Shown here: piece by piece, positions 58,314 to 64,000 of the stretch | Layout: the number at the start of each line of letters is the position of its first letter | How positions within the stretch are numbered: position 1 is the stretch's first letter | Source: Bacteroidales bacterium | GTDB lineage: Bacteria; Bacteroidota; Bacteroidia; Bacteroidales; UBA12077 | Length of the DNA stretch: 64,000 bases | Assembly: GCA_046482855.1 (NCBI GenBank) | Contig: JAWOEH010000127.1 | Location: 23,865 to 87,864 of the forward strand | Direction of reading: 5' to 3' | Notes under the pieces: generated by a model | What the model saw: the letters and a program-made list of their open reading frames with translations, nothing else | Databases searched by the model: none | What the model was told of the DNA's origin: nothing | Program-made: the position numbers and the translations under genes

Positions 58314-59900
58314 ATGACAAATTTGAAACCTGGCGAAGTATCTAAAGTCCTCAAACAGCAACTTGAAGGCATTACCTCAACAGTTACGTTGGAAGAAGTG
58401 GGTACTGTTTTGCAAATAGGCGATGGCATTGCACGTATTTATGGATTATCCAATGTACAAGCAAATGAACTTATTGAGTTTCAGGATGGAACCCGGGGTA
58501 TTGTGTTAAACCTTGAAGAGGATAATGTAGGAGCGGTTTTGCTGGGATCCTCTGAGGGAATCAAGGAGGGAGATTCCGTAAAGCGGCTGAATCGCATTGC
58601 ATCGCTGAATGTTGGACAGGGTATGGCCGGGCGAATTGTGAACACACTAGGAGAGCCCATTGATGGGAAAGGACCTATTCAGGGAGAAACCTTTGAGTTG
58701 CCTTTTGAACGGAAGGCTCCGGGTGTAATTTTTCGTCAGCCGGTAAAAGAACCTTTGCAAACGGGTATTAAGCCTATTGACTCAATGATTCCCATTGGGC
58801 GTGGACAGCGGGAGTTGATCATTGGTGACCGCCAAACGGGGAAAACAGCTATTGCCATTGATACAATTATTAATCAGAAGGAAGCTTATGATAAGGGTGA
58901 ACCGGTTTATTGCATATATGTTGCCATAGGCCAAAAGGGGTCGACTGTAGCAAATATTGCACGTGTGTTGGAGAAACACGGCGCCTTGGAGTATACCGTA
59001 ATTGTGATGGCCACTGCTGCTGAACCTGCTGCATTGCAGTTTTATGCACCTTTTGCAGGGGCTTCAATAGGCGAGTATTTTCGCGATACCGGCCAGGATG
59101 CGTTGGTTATTTACGACGATCTTTCTAAACAAGCTGTGGCTTATCGTGAAGTTTCTCTCTTGCTTCGCCGTCCTCCGGGACGTGAGGCCTATCCCGGGGA
59201 TATTTTTTATCTTCATTCACGTTTGTTGGAGCGAGCTGCAAAGATTATTGAATCGGATGAAATTGCTGCACAAATGAATGATCTTCCCGAAAGCCTACGT
59301 GCAAAGATAAAAGGGGGGGGATCGCTAACTGCGTTGCCCATTATTGAAACCCAAGCCGGGGATGTGTCAGCTTATATTCCAACCAATGTGATCTCCATTA
59401 CCGACGGACAGATTTTCCTGGAATCGGATCTTTTTAACTCAGGCATTCGTCCCGGTATTAACGTAGGAATTTCAGTCTCGCGTGTAGGAGGCAGTGCCCA
59501 GATTAAGTCAATGAAGAAAGTGGCCGGAACGCTTAAACTCGACCAAGCGCAGTTTCGTGAATTGGAAGCCTTCTCAAAATTTGGTTCCGATTTGGATAAA
59601 GCCACAAAGGCGGTACTGGATAAAGGAGCCAAGAATGTGGAACTTTTGAAACAGGGACAGTACAAACCCATACCCGTAGAAAAGCAGATAGCCTTAATTT
59701 ATTGTGGGGTAAACAGCCTTTTGCGTGACATCGAAGTGGAACAGGTGAAGGCCTTTGAGGAGAAGTATTTGGATAAATTGGATATTGAACACGAAGAGGT
59801 GTTGAAAAGGCTTAAGCAGGGCGAATGGAGTGAGGAGCTCACCAGTGTATTGGAACAGGTAGCGCACGACGTGGTAGCGATTTTGAAACCCAAGAAATAG
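58314..59900 (+). CDS. atpA: F0F1 ATP synthase subunit alpha
   Basis: Walker A GDRQTGKT, plus ..[42 protein letters not shown]... Confidence 0.97.
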   Translation: MTNLKPGEVSKVLKQQLEGITSTVTLEEVGTVLQIGDGIARIYGLSNVQANELIEFQDGTRGIVLNLEEDNVGAVLLGSSEGIKEGDSVKRLNRIASLNVGQGMAGRIVNTLGEPIDGKGPIQGETFELPFERKAPGVIFRQPVKEPLQTGIKPIDSMIPIGRGQRELIIGDRQTGKTAIAIDTIINQKEAYDKGEPVYCIYVAIGQKGSTVANIARVLEKHGALEYTVIVMATAAEPAALQFYAPFAGASIGEYFRDTGQDALVIYDDLSKQAVAYREVSLLLRRPPGREAYPGDIFYLHSRLLERAAKIIESDEIAAQMNDLPESLRAKIKGGGSLTALPIIETQAGDVSAYIPTNVISITDGQIFLESDLFNSGIRPGINVGISVSRVGGSAQIKSMKKVAGTLKLDQAQFRELEAFSKFGSDLDKATKAVLDKGAKNVELLKQGQYKPIPVEKQIALIYCGVNSLLRDIEVEQVKAFEEKYLDKLDIEHEEVLKRLKQGEWSEELTSVLEQVAHDVVAILKPKK

Positions 59901-59942
59901 GACCCTTTTTCAGGAACAATTACGATATAATATAGCGTTTAC

Positions 59943-60821
59943 ATGGGAAACTTGAAGGAGATCCGAACACGTATTTCGTCGGTAAAATCAACCCGGCAGA
60001 TTACCAGTGCCATGAAAATGGTATCGGCCGCTAAATTGAAACGTGCACAGGATACAGCTATTAATATCCGGCCTTATGGGCATAAGCTTATGGAAATTCT
60101 TGCTGATCTGGTGGTAAGCCTGGAAGGAGAAATTCAAAGCGACTATATTACTGAGCGTACTGTAAAACGCGTGTTGCTGGTGCCGATTTCCGGGAATAAA
60201 GGCTTATGTGGTAATTTTAATGCCAATATAGGTAAAGAAGTTTCGAGCCTGGTGAATGAGCGTTTTCAACAAGTGCAAAAGGAAGGAAATTTGGATTTTT
60301 TCTGCTTTGGCCATAAAGGGGTTCAAACGCTAAGATCACGGGGGTATAGTATTGTTGCGGATCATTCTGATATGCTTGAACAATTGAGTTTTGATCAGGT
60401 TTCTCCAATCATTGGCGGCATTATGGAGCAATTTTTAAAGCAAGAGTATGACGAAGTATGGCTGATTTATAATCGCTTTAAAAATGCGGCTGTACAACTG
60501 CCCACTGTCGAACAATTTCTACCCATTCAACTGACGGTTGATGAAGAGGAATTTCACCCCATCCACTACCTCTATGAGCCTTCGCAGCATGAGATTGTTC
60601 AGCAACTCATTCCCCGGGCTTTGAAAATACAGTTCTACGAAGCCTTAGCAGAATCGTTGGCCGCTGAGCACGGTGCACGGATGACAGCAATGCACAAGGC
60701 CACTGATAATGCAACGGGCTTAATACGCTCCTTGCAATTGGATTACAATAAAGCTCGTCAGGCTGCCATTACTCGCGAAATTAGCGAAATTGTCGGCGGA
60801 GCCGAAGCGTTGAGTAAATAA
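59943..60821 (+). CDS. atpG: F0F1 ATP synthase subunit gamma
   Basis: ..IRTRISSVKSTRQITSAMKMVSAAKLKRAQ.. N-terminus and ..ITREISEIVGGAEAL C-terminus. Confidence 0.95.
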   Translation: MGNLKEIRTRISSVKSTRQITSAMKMVSAAKLKRAQDTAINIRPYGHKLMEILADLVVSLEGEIQSDYITERTVKRVLLVPISGNKGLCGNFNANIGKEVSSLVNERFQQVQKEGNLDFFCFGHKGVQTLRSRGYSIVADHSDMLEQLSFDQVSPIIGGIMEQFLKQEYDEVWLIYNRFKNAAVQLPTVEQFLPIQLTVDEEEFHPIHYLYEPSQHEIVQQLIPRALKIQFYEALAESLAAEHGARMTAMHKATDNATGLIRSLQLDYNKARQAAITREISEIVGGAEALSK

Positions 60822-60860
60822 TACTTTCCTTTCTTTCCATTTTGATGTTGTGTTGAAATC

Positions 60861-60888
60861 AAGCCTCAACCTTTGAGGCTTCTTTTTT
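60861..60888 (+). terminator. Intrinsic terminator ending atpBEFHAG
   Basis: Stem AAGCCTCAA-cct-TTGAGGCTT followed by CTTTTTT. Confidence 0.7.
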
Positions 60889-60950
60889 AATATCAAAGAA
60901 TATCTTGAGGAGAAGCCATTTTTTATCGGTAAATTTACTGGCCAATGTAA

Positions 60951-61616
60951 ATGAGGTTTGTTATGAGTCGGCATATCCAGACGCTGATACGTGAAGGAGA
61001 ACATCAACAACTTGACTTTAAACACTCGGTAAATGATGCCAGGAAAATTGCCCGTTCATTGGCAGCTTTCGCGAATACCGATGGGGGAACGTTGCTTATT
61101 GGCGTGCGCGATAATGGTACCATTGCCGGAGTTGCATCCGACGAGGAGATTTACATGATTGAATCGGCTGCCCATTTGTTCTGCAAACCCGCTCTTCCTT
61201 TTGAGGCTATACCTTGGAATATGGGAGGAAAAACAGTGGTAGAGGTGAAGGTGCATAAATCCGTAAATGTTCTTTATTCGGCACCCACCAAGGAGGGAAG
61301 TTATAAAGTGTATGTGCGTGTTGATGACAATAATTTCCTGGCCAACCGCGTGTTTTTAAAAGTATGGCAGCAACGCCATCGAAATAAGGGCGTTACAGTT
61401 CATTACCGTGAGCCCGAACAATTTCTTCTGCAATACCTGAGTGCACATAAATCCATTACACTTTCTGCTTTTTCTCGTTTGGCCAAAATTTCACGCTGGA
61501 AGGCCGAAAAAGTGTTGGTCAACCTTATTATTTTAGGGCTTGTACAAATCCGCTTTGAAGAAAACCAAACCTCATATGAATTGTCCGAGGATATGGAAGA
61601 TCAAACGCTCCTTTGA
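60951..61616 (+). CDS. AlbA_2 (Schlafen-type putative nucleic-acid-binding) domain protein with a C-terminal wHTH-like region
   Basis: IREGEHQQLDFKHSVNDARKIARSLAAFANTDGGTLLIGVRDNGTIAGV is the AlbA_2/divergent-AAA signature. An alternative start lies at 60963. Confidence 0.65.
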   Translation: MRFVMSRHIQTLIREGEHQQLDFKHSVNDARKIARSLAAFANTDGGTLLIGVRDNGTIAGVASDEEIYMIESAAHLFCKPALPFEAIPWNMGGKTVVEVKVHKSVNVLYSAPTKEGSYKVYVRVDDNNFLANRVFLKVWQQRHRNKGVTVHYREPEQFLLQYLSAHKSITLSAFSRLAKISRWKAEKVLVNLIILGLVQIRFEENQTSYELSEDMEDQTLL

Positions 61617-61766
61617 ACCGGACCTAAAGCTCTTAAAGATAAGGCTCTGTGATAGATGAATATATGTAACAAATTAAAAGTATTAAAAATTTCATTTTTT
61701 AAATGATCTTTATACTTTTATGGCTACAAAATTATCAGAGTGAACAAATCCCTAAATCAGAAAAAC

Positions 61767-62726
61767 ATGAAAGTGAAAACAAAGTTAAAGGTAGCAGTTG
61801 GTGTAGTTACTTTGTTATTAGGTACATTAGGCGCACAAGCGCAGACGTTGAAGGAGGCTATGGAGGCATATAATGCCGCCGCAAAACTTGACAATGCTAA
61901 GAATTATCAGGAAGCTCTAAAAAAGTACGATGAGGCCATATCGATATATGATGCTTTGGGTGATACCGGTAATCAATACAGAATGAAAGCCGCAGATCGA
62001 ATTCCCGTCTTGCAATATAAGTATGGCTTAGAATTGTACAAGCAGAAAAAATTTGACGAAACCATCAAGGCATTTATAAAACTCGAGGAACTGGCCCAAA
62101 CTTATAACAGCGATGAATATGCCAAAAAAGCCAAGAGCATTATTCCTAAGCTTTATTATGCCAAGGGAAAATCGTTAATGGACAAAGGAGAGAATGATGC
62201 CGCCATTGAAGCCTTTAATAATGCTATTCCCGAGTATGGAATGGCTTACATTCGGTTGGCTCAGATTTATTCATCACAAAAGGATGAGGAGAATTTCTCA
62301 GCCATTATTAACAAGACGTTGGCATTGAATCAGGCCAAGTTGTCGTCCACAGCCGAAAAATTAGCCCTCTCTTTTTATGGAAAAAATGCTGCGCAGGCTC
62401 TTAAGGATAGTGACTATCCGAACGCGGAGAAATATTTTAAGGAACTTGTAAATTACAAGGATGAGGCGGATGTTTATTACCAATTAGCTGTTGTGTATAA
62501 CAAACAGCAGAAGTGGGACAACGCCATTGAAGCTGCCAATAAAGGGCTTGAACTTTTTACTGAAGAGGGTACAACCAAAGATGCGAAATTGTATTTTGAG
62601 TTGGGATCAGCTTATAAAGGTAAAGGAGATAACACCGCGGCCTGTGAGGCATACAAGAAAGCTGCAAAGGGCGATTATGAAGAGGCTGCCAATTACGAAA
62701 TTGAGCACACGCTCAAGTGTCAATAA
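61767..62726 (+). CDS. Secreted TPR-repeat protein
   Basis: The ATG at 61767 gives the signal peptide MKVKTKLKVAVGVVTLLLGTLGAQAQ. It contains several TPR-like A/Y/K-rich repeats. Confidence 0.75.
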   Translation: MKVKTKLKVAVGVVTLLLGTLGAQAQTLKEAMEAYNAAAKLDNAKNYQEALKKYDEAISIYDALGDTGNQYRMKAADRIPVLQYKYGLELYKQKKFDETIKAFIKLEELAQTYNSDEYAKKAKSIIPKLYYAKGKSLMDKGENDAAIEAFNNAIPEYGMAYIRLAQIYSSQKDEENFSAIINKTLALNQAKLSSTAEKLALSFYGKNAAQALKDSDYPNAEKYFKELVNYKDEADVYYQLAVVYNKQQKWDNAIEAANKGLELFTEEGTTKDAKLYFELGSAYKGKGDNTAACEAYKKAAKGDYEEAANYEIEHTLKCQ

Positions 62727-62754
62727 TCTGAACGAACACTATCTTATAATTTGC

Positions 62755-62780
62755 AAAACCCCGCGCGAGCGGGGTTTTTG
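62755..62780 (+). terminator. Intrinsic terminator
   Basis: Stem AAACCCCGC-gcga-GCGGGGTTT followed by TTG. Confidence 0.75.
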
Positions 62781-63011
62781 CATATAAGAAAGAGGAATAG
62801 CCATGGGAAGCACTTCCTCCTGCAATTATAATACAATTCCTAAACGCTGCTGTACTCCATAAGATCGTCCCTATTGCTAAGAGGATTATTTGCAAATAGT
62901 TGATAGTTGCTGCCTTTTCCATATCATCGCAATCGGGAAACAGATGGGAAAAAGAGGAGATTTGGATAAGAGAGTTTTAAAGGTTGCTCGCTTGGCGGCA
63001 AAGTGTGTGGG

Positions 63012-63047
63012 AAAAAGCAGAAAAGAGCCCATATGGGGGCTCTTTTG
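63012..63047 (-). terminator. Intrinsic terminator after the GAF/PAS gene
   Basis: On the minus strand: AGAGCCC-ccatat-GGGCTCT followed by TTTCTGCTTTTT. Confidence 0.55.
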
Positions 63048-63077
63048 CTCTGTTTGTATTTGTTGTATACCGTGGTG

Positions 63078-64000
63078 TTATTTCTTGAATTCAGTGATGT
63101 TATTGGCGATTTTAAGGATTTTTACCACATCGCCATCTGCATCGCGTATAGGTGTGTAGGTTTCAGAGAAAACAAACTCCTTACCTTTCACGACCATTGT
63201 TGTTTCCTGGCGTCGGATTTGTCCATTGCGCAAATCTTGCCAGAATTGTTCATAATCTGCTTTTTGTTGGTCATCCAGTTGCAGTTGGCTGTTATGATGT
63301 GTACCCACCACCTCCTCGGCGGCTAATCCCAGTAATTTGAGCATGTTTGCATTTATGTTCTGAATGTATCCGTCCAGATCGTATTCCACCACATAGGTCG
63401 ACAAATTGAGTGCCTCGATGAGGCCCTCCATCTCGGCACTCTTTCGTGCCGACTCCTCCTGTGTGGCTTGCAATTCCTCCATATTCTGACGCATCTCCTC
63501 CTCTTGTGCGGCCATCTCTTCGGCCTGCTGCTGCGAGCGCTCCAGGAGTTGGTTGGTGCGGATATTAATCCGCACAGAATTGAGGGTGGAAGCAATACTT
63601 TCAGCTACTTTTTCAACAAATTCAATTTCATATTTCTCAAAGGATTTAAAAGAAGCCATCTCAATAACACCCAGTACTTGTTCCTCTAATTTCAGGGGAA
63701 CAATAAGCAAACTATTGGGGTTTGCGCCGCCTAAACCTGAGGTAATCTTGATATAGTCATCAGGAAGTTCGGTCATGTAGATGGTTTTCTTCTCGATGGC
63801 GCAAGTGCCCACCAGCCCTTCACCCAATTGAACGGTGGAAGTAAGATATTTGCGGCGATCGAAGGCGAAAGCGCTGAGGAGTTCAAATTGGGTCTGCTCC
63901 TCGTCTTCCGATAGGATGAATAAACCGCCTTGATTGGCCTTCAGGTAGTTTACCAGATTTTGAATAATTTGAAATGCCAGCTCATTGAGGTCGTCATTAT
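63078..64000 (-). CDS. GAF / coiled-coil / PAS domain signalling protein, N-terminus beyond the window
   Basis: The reading frame stays open upstream of the ORF-track TTG to the window edge (..NDDLNELAFQIIQNLVNYLKANQGGLFILSEDEEQTQFELLSAFAFDRRKYLTSTVQLGEGLVG..), which is a GAF domain. The coiled-coil motif QEEEMRQNMEELQATQEE follows. A terminal PAS domain ends at the stop, with no output domain. Confidence 0.8.
   Translation of the reverse strand, partial: NDDLNELAFQIIQNLVNYLKANQGGLFILSEDEEQTQFELLSAFAFDRRKYLTSTVQLGEGLVGTCAIEKKTIYMTELPDDYIKITSGLGGANPNSLLIVPLKLEEQVLGVIEMASFKSFEKYEIEFVEKVAESIASTLNSVRINIRTNQLLERSQQQAEEMAAQEEEMRQNMEELQATQEESARKSAEMEGLIEALNLSTYVVEYDLDGYIQNINANMLKLLGLAAEEVVGTHHNSQLQLDDQQKADYEQFWQDLRNGQIRRQETTMVVKGKEFVFSETYTPIRDADGDVVKILKIANNITEFKK

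Noticed and set aside
62713-62922. 69-aa minus-strand ORF with a hydrophobic N-terminus in the right-end gap (also plus-strand ORFs 62890-63159 and 63003-63326)
   Set aside because: The 69-aa ORF runs antisense through the terminator hairpin at 62755-62780 and into the TPR gene. The plus-strand ORFs overlap the GAF/PAS gene or its terminator. None has supporting motifs.

Overview
This 64-kb window reads as a Bacteroidota (Bacteroidia-like) chromosomal core segment. The evidence is the gene content, TAnnTTTG-type promoter boxes, the lack of Shine-Dalgarno spacing, and a Bacteroidetes-style 7-gene V-ATPase operon with a DUF2764 gene. It is densely coding, with about 55 protein genes. I saw no rRNA, tRNA, CRISPR array, transposase or integrase. 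From left to right the blocks are:
- A secreted M16 peptidase pair.
- A TetR-controlled Lol-like module: a LolA-like protein, two FtsX permeases, an ABC ATPase and an outer-membrane (OM) barrel.
- A signalling island: a TPR hybrid histidine kinase, an ECF sigma/anti-sigma pair, an OM beta-barrel and a TPR-PP2C phosphatase.
- pepE, then a MacB-type permease interrupted by one in-frame TAG, with its ATPase.
- A U32 Fe-S enzyme, an AsmA-like protein, an orphan kinase, and yceD-rpmF-plsX-fabH.
- selU, a hybrid kinase translationally coupled to an AIM24/TIGR00266 gene, rsgA and typA.
- A DUF2723 (TMEM260-like) membrane glycosyltransferase, divergent from a 958-aa HExxH/beta-propeller/beta-barrel protein, then mscS.
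- A contiguous rotary-ATPase super-cluster: bactofilin-atpZ-atpI-like, then a V-type operon ntpE-C-A-B-D-I-K, then F-type atpBEFHAG.
- An AlbA_2 protein, a TPR protein and a truncated GAF/PAS protein.

The observations most worth follow-up are:
- The Lol-like trans-envelope module, and the LolA-like domain fused to the inactive M16 subunit next to it.
- Twin ECF-type promoters that define a small regulon.
- The V-type (Na+ motif) operon wedged between the F-type assembly genes and the F-type (H+ motif) structural genes.
- The DUF2723/OM-protein divergent pair.

All homology statements come from motif recognition by eye. No searches were run.
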